A stretch of 64,000 nt of DNA from the IMG/VR virus record IMGVR_UViG_3300013382_000004. One strand, written 5' to 3'. Made by a program: the position numbers and the translations under genes. The notes below the pieces were generated by a model. The model was given only the letters and a program-made list of their open reading frames with translations. It made no database searches and was not told the DNA's origin. This document shows positions 1 to 12,696 of this stretch, one piece after another (position 1 is the stretch's first letter; each line of letters starts with the position of its first letter). This stretch comes from a virus (Duplodnaviria > Caudoviricetes).

Positions 1-1024
1 TTATCGTAAAGTTTTTTATCTTTACTTCTGCAACATTACATTGCAGTCCAGCATAACTTTTCACGCTTAATGTCGATGCGTGGCGCGGCCTCGTGGTAGG
101 ATTATATCTTTTCACCTACTATGCGTTGCCCCTGACTATATTTAATATAGCCTTCGGTTCTGATTGCCTTTGTATACGGTTTTCCAGCTTAATTCCGCGC
201 TAATAATATTAAATCTTCAATCGACTTGATTTAATACGGCATTTCTAATTTGAACAAATTTTTCATATTTACGGTCTAAAAATATATTACTGTTTAAATA
301 AATAGAAGATAAATTAGAATAACATTTCCAACTACACCATTCAATGCTATACGCATTACTTCTTTTATCTTTGCGCATTTTAGCATCAAACCAATCCATT
401 TTGGAAATTAATTCTGTTAAAAATTCTGGAGAGCCAGATGTTAAACTCATCCTGCCAGTTAAACAATGTTTATTTTGTGTAATTCCTATATATCCGTCCC
501 CATCAAAATATCCTCTAACAAAATCTCTAAGAAAATCATTAGGAACCTATTCTTCTGTGGGGAATTGTAATTGCAAACTTTTATTAGGACAACAGCCTAA
601 TTTAATTAAATCATTATGCATCTTTTTTCTACTAATAGCAAAAGATACTTCATTATACCCATTTACAATTTTATCGCTTACTTTTGCCGGAGAATTCAAA
701 AACTTCTTAAACTTAACCAAATGATTAATATCTCTTTGCTGTAATACAATGCTTATATGATTATTTTCTCCTTTCCGAATATATCCATCGGCATAAAGAA
801 AACCTAACCAATAAGCTTTTTCTTCCGTATCAATTAAAGAAAAAATATTGTCATTAGTTCCATTATCATTCTATCTATTTATTACAATATATCCTTGGCT
901 TTTTATATACTCTCCCAAATGACCTCGACTACATTGTAATTTTTTAGAAATCTAAGTCAAACTTAAATCTCCTTGTAAATATAATTTTAAACCCTCTTCG
1001 TATTTTTCGTTCATTTTAGATTTT
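1..1024 (-). ncRNA. Group I intron in helicase Walker A, with LAGLIDADG ORF (3' end outside the window)
   Basis: Exon ends in U (GGT). Core at 1-216 (GCGGAATTAAGCTGG..AATCAGAACCGAAG..CAGGGGCAACGCATAG..TATGCTGGACT) is homologous to the intron core at 3413-3713. Confidence 0.8.
217..1014 (-). CDS. Intron-encoded LAGLIDADG homing endonuclease (265 aa with TAG=Gln)
   Basis: Motifs KAYWLGFLYADG and FVRGYFDGDG. Open from ATG 1014 to TGA 217 when TAG is read through. Confidence 0.9.
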
Positions 1025-1708
1025 ACCAACACCCGTTCCTGCCGAAGAAACTACAAACTTTCTTGGCTGGATACCTTTTGTTATAGTTGTCATATAATTG
1101 CTTGCATAAGACAGACCATAAGCAGGAGTTTTCTTCCATTCTTCTTTTTGCTTTTTAGCTTCATCGCTACCAGCTTTAACACTATCTCGCCCAACTTTAG
1201 GACTATATTCTTGCGTGATATTAGATACTTTTTGCCTAAAATGATTAAGAATTTCATCAATAGTCATTTGACTAAATTTATATCTTTGTTCATCAGCAAT
1301 CTCAGGGTCTTCTTCGTTAGGGTCAAAAATTTCATCAACTTCAATACCTGATTTAAGATAAGCGCGAAGAAGAGAAAACTTTTTCATTTCCTGATAATTA
1401 GAGTTAAAGTTTTCTGGTGTAGCTAATTCTTTAGCTTTTTCAACATAAAGATTACCATTATTCCTTGTATAAATATTATACAAAGACTGAAGATTATTTT
1501 TTAAATAATCATCAATAATATATTGGTCAAGCTTTACCGCGCCTTGTGAGAAAAGATTGTTTATTGCTACAAACAAAAGCTGATGGAAAGCTTCAACAAA
1601 ATCTTTTTTGTCGATTTTATTACTTGTTAATAAAGTTGGATTCTACAGTAAACAGCCAAGAACTTCTTTAATTGCAGATTTGCTTTGATAATCTCTATAA
1701 TCCGCCAA
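1025..1708 (-). CDS. DnaB-like replicative helicase, exon 1 (continues beyond the left edge after a group I intron)
   Basis: TTG start at 1708, one in-frame TAG read as Gln. Exon ends inside Walker A (SSAGTGVG|K), then intron sequence follows. Confidence 0.8.
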
Positions 1709-1709
1709 G

Positions 1710-2405
1710 TTACCCCCCCCATTCTTCAGGATGTTCAGACATTATTTCCTGAATATCTCTTTGTAGTTCTGATAAATACATACCATCTTTTCCTCTTTGC
1801 TTTTGAAGTCCTCTTCTAAAATCATAATCTCCAATAAAGTCAGTGTTAACAAGACCATCATCAACGATATCATCAGCAGAAATTTCTTCTTTATGATTTC
1901 GTTTGTCTCGTTTTTCATCGTCCTCTTCTTGTTTCTTAATAATTTCAGAACGAGCTACATCTATCGCTATAGGCGGTTTTGTTAATATATATTCGATAAA
2001 TTCAGATTTAGTCATCCTCATCTCTTTATACTTTTGCCAAAATTCTCTTGATTCGGCAAAATAACGTATAACCATGAAGATATCTGATTCTGTTTCTATC
2101 TTGGGAGCTGGATTGTCAGCATACTCATACATATAATATAAAGTAAAAAGAATTTGAGAATTAGTCATTCCATATTTTTCTTTAATTCTTTTTATATATG
2201 TTGTTATAAGAGGAGCATTCACCCATTCTCTTATACCAAGAACATCCCAAAGATAATCAGTTAAAGTCTTGTAATCTTTTGCATCTTGTGCTGGCTATTT
2301 ACCACAAATAGGACAATAATTTTTACCATTTACAGTAATAATTTCCTCTGTAGGAAACATCTTACCACAAACGCTACATTTTCTGTTCTTCTTTGGTGGT
2401 GCTAT
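1710..2405 (-). CDS. Zinc-finger replication-region protein (CxxC...CxxC); start codon uncertain (ATA/GTG)
   Basis: Track ORF 1710..2222 extends upstream through one TAG to KCSVCG...YCPICG. SD AAGGAG upstream. Confidence 0.6.
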
Positions 2406-2439
2406 AATCCTCACTCCTTTCTTAAAATATTAAAACGGA

Positions 2440-2478
2440 AAATAAAGGGGAATAGTAATCAATTTTACTATTCCCCAA
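2440..2478 (-). terminator. Rho-independent terminator-like hairpin
   Basis: GGGGAATAGTAA/TTACTATTCCCC inverted repeat with a T-rich tail on the minus strand. Confidence 0.6.
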
Positions 2479-2485
2479 TAATTAT

Positions 2486-3806
2486 TTATTCTACTGTAAT
2501 ATTATTTTCAGTACAGTAATCTTTCAAATCATCGAGAATAAGCAAAAGCATATCCAATTGAGATTCATCGCAATCTTTTACACTCTTACCCTTTCCAAGA
2601 TATTCTGCAATAATCTTCTTATACTCTGTACTACCAGTATTATGAATAGCCTTTACATAACTACCAATTTCAGCAATAAGCTCATCAACGCTCTTCTTTT
2701 CATCTTCGGTTACTTCGTTATCCTTAAAGAGATTAACCTCATTATCAACAACTGTAGCACCGTGAGCCTTTTGTTCATCAATAGCCTTTGCCATGTCATC
2801 ACGCAATGCTTCATAAGTAAATGGAATGCATTCAGACATATAAGGGCTACGAGAACCAGCCTCAAGATGTTTGTTACCTCTCATCGTAAGCATGGAATGA
2901 ACATTACCTTGTTCATCAGTTTCGTAAGAAGCATAACCAGTTACGTCAACAAGACGAGAAACGACAAGGAATCCACGGTCAGGTACAGTAGGAATAGTCT
3001 TATCATACTTTTCACCGTTTTCCTTAATCTGTTTAGTAGTAGCATGAGAAATACAAATCAAAGTATAACCAGCTTTAACAATCTCTTGGAAAAATTTATC
3101 ATATTCACGAGACAAAGCACGATAACCACGCATCTTTTCAGTCTCGTCAAGATAATCTACACCTTCTTTGTCTACGATATACTTTTCACAAAGGTCGTAG
3201 GCAATATCAATAGTATCGACAATTACCGTTTTAAAGATTGTTTCTCTATTTTCCTTTTCAGCCGCTTCTGCATCTTTAAGCAACTGCTTCTTTACTTCAA
3301 GAGCTTCTTTCCAAGTGTTAATTGGCTGTGCAATAATGCCATCCAAAAAACCATAGCCCTTTTCGAAACCGAGCAAAATAGGCTTTGGGAATTTACAAGC
3401 GTTTGTAGTTTTCATTGTTATTATCTGTAAGCTTTTTATCTTACACTCTGGAGCTTTCGCTCATTTTCATCAATCTGTCAATTCAGATTCAGTTTGGCGT
3501 ACTTTTTCAACCTTATACGAGATAAGGTGTTGCGGACTCTTGGTAATATTATATTCTTTAATCAAAGGTTCAATTACTACGCTCTGCCCCTGTTTATCAT
3601 TTTAATAATAAACTTCGGTTCGAGTTAACATAATTATTACAAATTAAGTCTTCTCGCTTAATTCCGCAATTTCGTCAATTGTCTTACAACAAAGGGTGGC
3701 AAAACACTACGCTACCACTTTTTCTTTCTCCATAAATGAGAAAACTCTTACCACTAAGGTCACGAGTGACCACATTAGGCTTAATGCTAAAAATATCAAT
3801 ACCCAT
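2486..3806 (-). CDS. AAA_24/Sak4-like ATPase; exons 3714-3806 and 2486-3412
   Basis: Splicing restores Walker A YGERKSG|KTT. Walker B-like IVDTID. Lies close to the SSB gene. Confidence 0.85.
3413..3713 (-). ncRNA. ORF-less group I intron (301 nt)
   Basis: 5' exon ends in U with P1 GUGGU/GCCAC, terminal G, in-frame ligation. Confidence 0.9.
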
Positions 3807-4600
3807 TATTTAAATGTCTCCTTATTATATTCTTTTAATTTTAAATAACTCTCATATTTTCTTGTTAAACGTATATCATCTGTAGAATCTTTATACAATT
3901 TATCTAAATATTCTTCACATAAAAACCTTCCACTACAACCAAAGTTCCAAGCATTTGCTCTTTTAACTTTAGTGACTTTAGATTCAGATTTTCCATTACT
4001 TAAATAAAATTGAATTTGTTTTAAAAAAGCTTCTTATCCAACAAAATCTATCCTGTAATGATGTTCTGATACAACAAAAGAAATACTTCCGTCTCCATCA
4101 AAATATCCGCGAATAAAGTGAAAAATATAATTTTCTCCTATGTTTGGAACACGGTCAATTTTTAAAGACTTCTAAGGAACACAACCCCATTTTCTTAAGT
4201 CTTCTACCATTTGTTCACTTTTCACTTGAAAACAATAAGTTGTACAAACAGGAGTGAATCTTTTATCTTCTCTTACCCTAATTGAATATCCCTCTGTAGA
4301 TATTGCCGTTTTAAATTTTTTTACATGGTCTAAATCTTTTAATTCTAAGCAAACTTTGTTGGCATGAACACAACCGTCTGCATATAAAAAACCTAACCAA
4401 TAAGCCTTTGCAAAACTATCAATCTAATTAAAATACAGATGATTTACAGAGTATAAATCTGTATAAGTTCTTGTAGAGTAGCCAAAAGATTCTAATGCTT
4501 TTTTAATTTCATCCCTTGTAACTTTTAACTACTCTTGAATTTCTCTTACAGATTTTTTCTCTTTTTTAAATAATTTAACAATTTCTTCTTCCTATCTCAT
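3806..4600 (-). pseudogene. Free-standing LAGLIDADG endonuclease with premature TAA at 4034-4036
   Basis: KAYWLGFLYADG and HFIRGYFDGDG. The frame continues past the TAA to a stop overlapping the next ATG (TAATG). Confidence 0.75.
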
Positions 4601-4603
4601 TTG

Positions 4604-5551
4604 TTAGAAAGGAATGTCCGAGTCATCATCAATAACAGGAGACATCTTTCCAGAACCCTTCTTACCAAAGCCTGTAGGTGCAGAAGAATTACTACTACCC
4701 TTAGAACCCTGATATCCAGCTTCCTCAAGTTCCTTTAAACGACTTGCTCTCTCATTGAGCATAGCTTTACACATCTGAGGAGTGATAATCATATCTTCCT
4801 GCTCATCTTCATCATAAGCAATATCACCACCAGTAAGAACCATTTCAAGATAGCTCTTACCCTCAGTTACTCTCTGCTGACCAAAACCCTTGGTCTTAGG
4901 CTTTGCTTCGCCCTTTTCATTAGGCTTCCAGCTAACATACATCTTAGCAGTAGCTCCCTTGACATAACCGTTATCTTCAAGAGCATCCACAAAATCCTTT
5001 GGGATAATAATGTTCTTAATATCAAGAGCGTTATGATAAAAATCCATGCTAATAAGATTTAAACGCTTTCTACCAGTAGGCTTCTTATCATCTTCAGGAC
5101 CACGCTCTTCATCTGTAATACTCTTAATATATCCTTCAATATCAAGGTCGCAAGCAAACTTTTCAAAATCATTAAAGAATTGCATAGAAGCGACAGTGCC
5201 CTCATGAAGCTGTTCATCAGAACCTACATAATCATTTGCACTAAGAGAACCAACAAGTCTTACCATAGTAGCATTTTCCTTGTCTTTGGTCATAGGAACT
5301 GCTTTCTTAACCCAGTCAAGAACCTTTTCATAGTTCTCACTATCTGTACCATCAGCCTTCTTAGCCTTAATGAAAGAAGTGAAAGAACGAGTCATTACAC
5401 TGTCTTCGCCACACTGAATTTGTCCACGAATACGAATGTAATCAACACCATTCTTATCTACGCCCTACTTAGACTCAATATCAGCGAGATAACCCGCAAG
5501 AGTCACACTATTTGTCAATCTACGAATCTGGTCAGTATTTTTTGTAGCCAT
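4604..5551 (-). CDS. ssb: Single-stranded DNA-binding protein
   Basis: N-terminal NSVTLAGYL, acidic C-terminal tail DDDSDIPF, one TAG read through. Confidence 0.8.
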
Positions 5552-5586
5552 TATTTTTGTACTCCTTTAATTTTGTCTTTTAATTT

Positions 5587-5766
5587 TTAGTCTTCGTTTT
5601 CATTGTCATTATCGTCATCGTCAATAGACTTGTAATCATTACAAGCATCAAACGTTAAAGTTACACCCAAATCTCTTCGAGCATCTTCAAGGAAAGGCTT
5701 AAGCTTTGCATACGCCGAGCACTTTACCAAAAAACGACAATCTTCACACGCAAGATTATTAACCAT
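5587..5766 (-). CDS. Small Cys-containing hypothetical protein (59 aa)
   Basis: MVNNLACEDCRFLVKC..., SD AGGAG, downstream of a sigma70-type promoter. Confidence 0.65.
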   Translation of the reverse strand: MVNNLACEDCRFLVKCSAYAKLKPFLEDARRDLGVTLTFDACNDYKSIDDDDNDNENED

Positions 5767-5816
5767 TGTACTATCTCCTAATTATTCAAAAATCAACCTA
5801 CCTTGGTTGTGAATAA

Positions 5817-5845
5817 AATATAACACAACTTTGCTATCTTGTCAA
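5817..5845 (-). promoter_or_regulatory. sigma70/sigmaA-type promoter of the replication operon
   Basis: TTGACA-17 nt-TATATT. Confidence 0.75.
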
Positions 5846-5866
5846 GCACTTCTGAAAAAAATTTTT

Positions 5867-6199
5867 TTAATCGGTCAATCCATTGTCATCAGCGCCAAAA
5901 CGCCTTGTCGTTCCATGTTTTGCCATAACCCAGCAATTGTTAAAGCTTCCCTTTTTAAGCATTATCTCTACAGAATCTCCTTCTCTTAACTCAAAAGGAG
6001 TTTGATTCTAAATTCTCGTAAATTCCGTTTCAGGCTCCCGAGGTAAAATTACATCTACTGTACCATCACTATTTACATTAGTCACTGTGGCACTTTCAAT
6101 TCTCGGCGAGGTTCTTTTTATTTCTGCCGTGACACACTAAAGTATTCTATTTAGCATTTCATCAGCATATTGGTCATAATTATTATTTTTATCTATCAT
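5867..6199 (-). CDS. Hypothetical distal tail/baseplate protein (110 aa)
   Basis: Open with two TAG=Gln. Contains ATVTNVNSDGTVDVILP[CGG]E. Confidence 0.6.
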
Positions 6200-6202
6200 A
6201 TG

Positions 6203-7444
6203 TCACCATCTTATTTTCTCTCCTTGACTTTCTTTGTCTGAAGTATTAGAGGGTAAGTCAGAAGTATTGCAACAACTTAATGATATTTTACCATCTTTAC
6301 TATTGTAAGAAATAGAAGTAATTAACAACTTTTCTCTTTGTAAAGACAAAAATTCATCTTCAACTTCGCATAAATTATTTACTGTTAATATTGGATTAAA
6401 GCTAACTGAAACAGAAAATTGAACTCCAACAAAACTTGATTTTCTTAAATAATAATTTGCTAAATCTAAAGCTAAATCATCACTCCACACCTAAGAAGAT
6501 GTATAGGGAGCATCCATGCGCCTTCCAATACGCTCTACACAAATAGGAGAAGAGGGGTTGTTATTTGTAACCGTAGCGGTATAAATAGTAGAATCCACAC
6601 TATCCCCTACCACCTTTACACAATTAATAATTTGTTCATTTTGATATTGTAAATCCATATTATGCAAATCTCTGCTAAATTTTGGATAAGTCCAAATAAT
6701 AGGTTTGACCGAGTCATCAACTGTTTCATTAATTGGATAGAAACATAAATTCCCCACTGTATTGTAATAATATTCGGCAGACAACTGCGTTGCCAAAGCA
6801 TCTAAAATTGAGCCCAATGTTTCTCCCTGTTCGGCTCTAATGGTCTGTTGTGTTTTCAAACCAATAAAACTGGGGTCAAAAATGGGCTCTTTATAATCCA
6901 AAATATAGCCATTGCCTAAAGAGAAATTTAAAACCCCTTTTACAGCATCAATAATATTGCTCCCCAATTCTACTTCATATGCAGTTTCAAGAGTACCAGT
7001 TTTACCTTCAAAAACAGCGTACTTGTCTGACAGTTGTAATTGAATTGTTTTACTGGAATTTTCTCTGGTTAAGCTAACATCTCCTAAAATATATATGCCC
7101 TTAGGAAACCAAATAATAGTATCTTGATATTTAATTCCAACATCAAAACTAAATCTTGTATTTACCCAAATGCCATCAATATTAGGAGTGTATCTTCCAT
7201 CTTCATTGGCTAACGTAACGGTAATACTTCTTCTCTATCCATTCTAATAAGATTCAGTATAATTTAATCCGTCTAAAGTAATATCTCCTTCTGGAATAAT
7301 GTATGATACCTATTCATCAGGAGTGAGTACAGACAAACGATAACAAGGTTGTATAACAGGACGCTCCAAAATCTTTTTTAAAGTATTGAAAGGAATAGCA
7401 TTTTCATCTCTTAACAACACATCTCCAAAAATATTATCAGCCAT
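6203..7444 (-). CDS. Tail/baseplate hub-like protein (413 aa)
   Basis: Track fragments join at TAG codons. AEYYYNTVGNLCF and INCVKVVGD are typical of tail hub proteins. Confidence 0.65.
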
Positions 7445-7453
7445 GTTTCCTCC

Positions 7454-8473
7454 TTATCTAGCACTGGAAACAATAGATATGGAATTTACGTCTAAAGCTT
7501 CTTGCCAAGAAAAGGTAATTGTAGTCTACATAAGATTGGACTGCAAATTCATGTTATAAGTGGGAGAAGAGGTTATTTGTACAACCCAAGAATTTCCTTT
7601 ATAATCCTTTAACAATTTTAAATTACCGTTATTTATAAAAGTGCGCCAAGCGTCATATTTTTCTACTTCACGAGAATACATGTCATCTTTATTAATACGT
7701 TCTGTATATCCATCGGCGGTTTTAATCTTAAATGTTGTAACAGTTGAACCATTTTCGGTTGCAGTTACAGGCTCTGTTTCTTTATATTCGGTAATATCTC
7801 CTAACAAACAGGTAACAGAAGAACTCATATAATCTTTTGTGCCAATTGAATATTTAGGAAATTGACCCAAAGTATCCCAAGTTGTCACACTATTATTTTG
7901 AGTCAACTCTCCATTATCCATATTATAACGTAATTTCCAAATATCGCCTGTTTTAACATAAAGCCGCTCTGTTTCTGTTTCTTCTATATCACAAATTGTC
8001 CAAAAATCCCATTTTGTAGCAATATAAGCTGGCGAAGAAGTGCCGTCCGCATTGGCAATATTATCTTCATACATTTTATAAGAACCGCTACTTTGACGAT
8101 ATGCAACTAAATAATGATAAAAAGCATTAGCTTTTATGTTGTAATCTAACATACTATAATTGCCATACATATCACAAATATATGTATAAAAAGTATCTTC
8201 TGGTGCTTTCTTATATACAGAAAGAGCGCCATTAGAGCCAAGTAAACTTTGGAAATAATAAGCCAAAATTGAAGTACCCGTACCCTAATCCTTCAAGTTA
8301 AATTTGTTATATAAAATTAAATCGGAGGACAAAGGCGAAGAATAAGGATTAGCTTTTAATTTAGCAGTAACTTCTTTACGAATAGTATCAGGAGATTTTG
8401 TAATATCAGTATCAACACCAACATCACGAATTTCTAACCGTGGTGCATAATAAATATAGCTATTAATATTCAT
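7454..8473 (-). CDS. Distal tail protein (339 aa)
   Basis: Joins 8285..8473 and 7526..8266 at TAG. Contains the LLKDYKGNSW motif and ends in TAA. Confidence 0.6.
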
Positions 8474-8490
8474 TAATTATCCTCCTTTCT

Positions 8491-11400
8491 TTATTCTGTA
8501 ACTAAAACGATAGAACAATTAACAGGAACTTCTTTAGAATTATCCACCGTTAAATTAAAGTCAAACCATCTCTAAGCAATCTAAGCCATATTAGTTTGCT
8601 TAACAGCTTGAGAGTCAGGCATCCAAATATAATCTGATTCTTCTTTGCCTGTACCATTTTTAGGACCCCAACGATATTTAACAGGCCCGCTAACTGTACC
8701 GCCAGTTGGGTCGCTTGCAATAATCTTACCATCACCAATTTTATCAAGTTCAGTATAAGTATTACTAATATAATTATAAGCGGTATAAGTTAAAGAATCA
8801 AGGTCAGAATCAGAAAGCAAAATAGAAATTCCACCTTCGATAGTTAATTTCTTATCAGAAGTGTAAGTTAAAATTTTCTTTTTATCTATTAATGTCGTTG
8901 TACCATTCATCACTGAAAGATATACATAAGAAGTCTTTGGCACTAAAGGATTAGTTGTGCCATCAATCGTTCTAATCTTGGTAAAACGACTTGTTACTGA
9001 ACTATAAGTATAAGCAATATAACCATAAATAGTTCCAGTATACCCAAAAGATTTAGCTAAAGTCATTACATTACCAGTATAAGATTCAACTTGAATTCTT
9101 ACAACTGTACCAGTATCATCTGTATATTCAGTCGTAGTATCTCCTTCAATAGTTAAGAAACTCACATAAACATTCGAATAATCATTAAAAGCTGTGACTA
9201 AATTTTCATCGTAATTTGTAGTTGTAAATATTTTATTATCAGCAGTTGCATTTACTGCATCAGCTAAAGTGGTATCATATTCATTAGTTGCAATAGAAGT
9301 ATAAGTTTGGCTACCACTTGTAGCTTCACCTTCAGTTAAGTCTTTATCAATTACAACATCAATAGCTTTACCACTTTCATCTTTATAATCACCACTTTCA
9401 TCAAGATATAAATATTCAGTATCGACCTAAAGAATCCAGTCAGCAGAACCGTCTGAATTAACAACATATTTATATTGACCAACATAATAAGTCTTTGCCT
9501 CTTTCCCAAAAGGAGCAAAAACAATATCCTTGGTTAAAATATAAATCATATTCTAATCCATATAATCAGGTTCTTCTTTAAATTCTTCAACCAACATATA
9601 CTTCAAAGTCGTTTTTGTGGAATCTACATACTTATATTGAAGGGCAAAACCGAACTTATCAGGAGTAGTAAGATTGCTCAACATGCCTTGAATATCGTAA
9701 CTGGTAGATTTACCATTTTCAAAACAAGCCAAAGGTTCGTCAGAACCGTTCTTAAATACTTGCATTTTAAGCATATTAGGATTCTTACGAATAATCTTAT
9801 TTTCTTCGTCAACCATCAACAAATCCAATCCACCAACTTTAACAGTGTATACATCTCCACCAAGAGAAATATCACCTTGGGTTGAAGAGGGAAGTGGAAT
9901 ATAATTATTTGTAGATTTAAGAGTGTATGCTTTATAATTAAGATTATTATAACTATCACTCTTCAAACTACTTTCAATAACAAGTTCTCCTGTTTCTTTG
10001 TCATAAGAAAGCAACCTCTTATATTCATCAGCAGAATTTTCATCTGAGAAAATAGAAAGATAAATTGAACGTCTATCAAGCTATCCATTATTTAAAGAAG
10101 CAGAGGAGCCAATTTCATCTTTAGTAACCTTATCATAATAAACATAATGGTCAAAAGATGCAATTAAAGTATCAATCTTTTCTTCTACAACAATTTTAGT
10201 AGAAGACATTGTATAACTACTTAAAGTATAATATACGACATTCCCACTTGCATCTTTAATTGGAGTATTTTCATCAGAATACAAAACAATAGAAATTCCA
10301 TCTGGATAAAGAGGAATTGCATCTAAAAGAGCTTGGTTGTCTTGTCTCGTATACAAAGTAGAATAAAGTTCATTATAAAGAACTGTATCTACTTCACTTA
10401 AATAAAATTGCGTATAACTTGCATGAGCAATTTCCATCAAAGTCTTCAATTCAGTTCCAGTAATATTATTAAAGAAACCAACTTTGTTGTCAGAAGTCAC
10501 ATAAGGGAACCTAAAACGAGTAAAGAAAGAGAATACTTCTGGAATCTGAATGGGCGTATTATTTGCGTCTGCAACCTGAGTATAATTTAATACTCTACCA
10601 GAAGTTGTGTCAACATAATAATATTTTGAATTGCTACTCAAATACACATCATTGGAAGTAACTGTCTTTTCTGTCTCTCTATCGGTAGAGATAACATAAA
10701 CAGGACTAACTACTTCAAGTTTAATAGCTTGTTCATCACAAATCAAAGAGTTAGCAAGAGGGACAACAGAACTATAAACTGCATATTCAATATAAAAAGT
10801 ATCTTCTTCGCTATATGCTTTACCATATTTATCGTGAATAGTTATTCTAACTTTATAGAAATTATTCGTTTCAAAGCCCTTAAAATCCCATTCGAGGGAA
10901 GAATCGTAAATATCATCAGATTCAGAAATTAAAGTTTCATTATTATAATTATCAATCGAATACAAATAATAATGATAATACTTAATTTCAACATTATTTA
11001 CAGATTCCCACGTCCCCAAAAAAGCGACATCTCTCCATGGTGCAGGAACAGATTGGTCGATATCTATATAAGGAACAGATTCTAAATCTAATTCACGATA
11101 ATCTTTATATTTAATTCCTAATGTCGGCGCTTGCCTTGCGTACAAAACAGCATTAGGAATAGAATCCATAAAGTCAGTATAAACTGTGTAATCAGTTTGA
11201 GGAACAATAATTTGTTGAATATCGCCAGTACTTTGTGTAGCAATAGTACAGTTATTTTTCAATAACCATTGAGTATTATCAAGCTTATTAAAAGTAATAT
11301 CAGTTTTCTTTCCAGCAACATATTGTCCCAACTCACTAATTTTTTGCTTAACATTTAAACGAACTCCATTTTCCCATACAATTTGAGGAGGATTTTTTGC

Positions 11401-12510
11401 ATCCGACTTAATATTAATATTAGGCTAGACAAAAATTTGATGGTCTTTATCACTATTCCAATAAGAGGTCATTATTTTAAAATAAGGACTAGTAATAGCT
11501 GCTCCGCCAACTTTTCTTTCAGCAGAGCTATGATAAGTTTTTTGACTGAAAGTGTTAGAACTGGAAGTTAAATCTTTTGTCCAGAGTTTATAAGTATCAC
11601 CATTTTCAGGTACAGTCGTAAACCCCTCTTGCAACCTGATTTCTCCAGTTTCTTGACCATACCCAATAATTTTTCTTTTTTCACCATCATTGGAATTTAA
11701 AGAAATATAGTTTCCCAATTCGATATCATCATTAGGTTCTACATAAAAATTTGTTAACGTGTGCTAATCGGAAACATTGTATAATGTAAAAGTTTTACCG
11801 TTTGTATAATTATATGTGAAAGATTCGGTTAGTTCAATTTTTATAACATCTTTATCCCAGCCCAAATCTGTATAAACCCAGTTGATTTGTCTACGTTCTC
11901 TATAAGGCCATGTAGTAGGATAGGCTAAATCGTCTTCGTTTGGAAGAGTGATATTCATCATACCATCATTTTTACTTGAAGCACTAATTTCTATCCATCT
12001 ATCATATTTAAGCTAATCCTTAACCTTCTTTTTTTCAGAATCACTTAAATTTTTATCAAGATTGACCCAAATTACAGAAGTTGTAGACCCGACAGTAAAA
12101 CCAGAACAAACCAAAGTTGTGGGGTCTTCCTCTGCCGTTCTTGGAGAATGGTTTTCATACATTCTAATATTCCACTGATAATCTTTTCCATTACTTAAAG
12201 ATTGGTCTTCTTCGCATTGAGCCGTAACCGACAAACCCTTTTTCCCCTCTTCTTGAAACGTAACATAATTGCCAGTCTAATCCACTTTTAAATTCAAAGA
12301 AAGCTGCTCTTTGTTCCTAATTTCCTATCCAAGTGCTTGAGAAGGCTAATTAAGGATTGTCGTAGCACCGTCTCCTGACAAAATATTGACAGAATACGCT
12401 TTTACGGACGTTCCAAGGGTGTTAACTTGGGCCTAAAACGGGTTCCGAGAGGTGGATAAAATATCTATTTCATTTAAGTTCGGACTCAGCGATGATGCCT
12501 TGTATATCAT
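8491..12510 (-). CDS. Large beta-rich tail/baseplate protein (~1339 aa)
   Basis: Six track fragments share one frame and end at TAG. SD AAAGGAG. Follows the tape measure gene. Confidence 0.7.
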
Positions 12511-12543
12511 TTTCTTTTAACTCCTTTCATTATATTTTTAACT

Positions 12544-12593
12544 AAGGGATGAGGTGTGGCGAGTTTTTGTTCCACACCACACCCCTTTTTTTT
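12544..12593 (+). terminator. Hairpin with a T9 tail on the + strand (leader hairpin on the - strand)
   Basis: AAGGGATGAGGTGTGG...CCACACCACCCCTT followed by a T run. Confidence 0.5.
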
Positions 12594-12602
12594 CATGCTC
12601 TT

Positions 12603-12631
12603 ATTATAAGCTATTCTTATTTAATTGTCAA
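12603..12631 (-). promoter_or_regulatory. Perfect consensus sigma70 promoter
   Basis: TTGACA-17 nt-TATAAT. Confidence 0.75.
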
Positions 12632-12696
12632 TAAATTTCCCCCAATTTTTTACCCTCTTTTTTGAGAATTTTATTTGGATTCAAATCATTTTAAAA

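Noticed and set aside
217-1024. Inteins as the explanation for the LAGLIDADG inserts
   Set aside because: The ORFs have their own start and stop codons, lack Cys/His-Asn splice motifs, and sit beside group I RNA cores.
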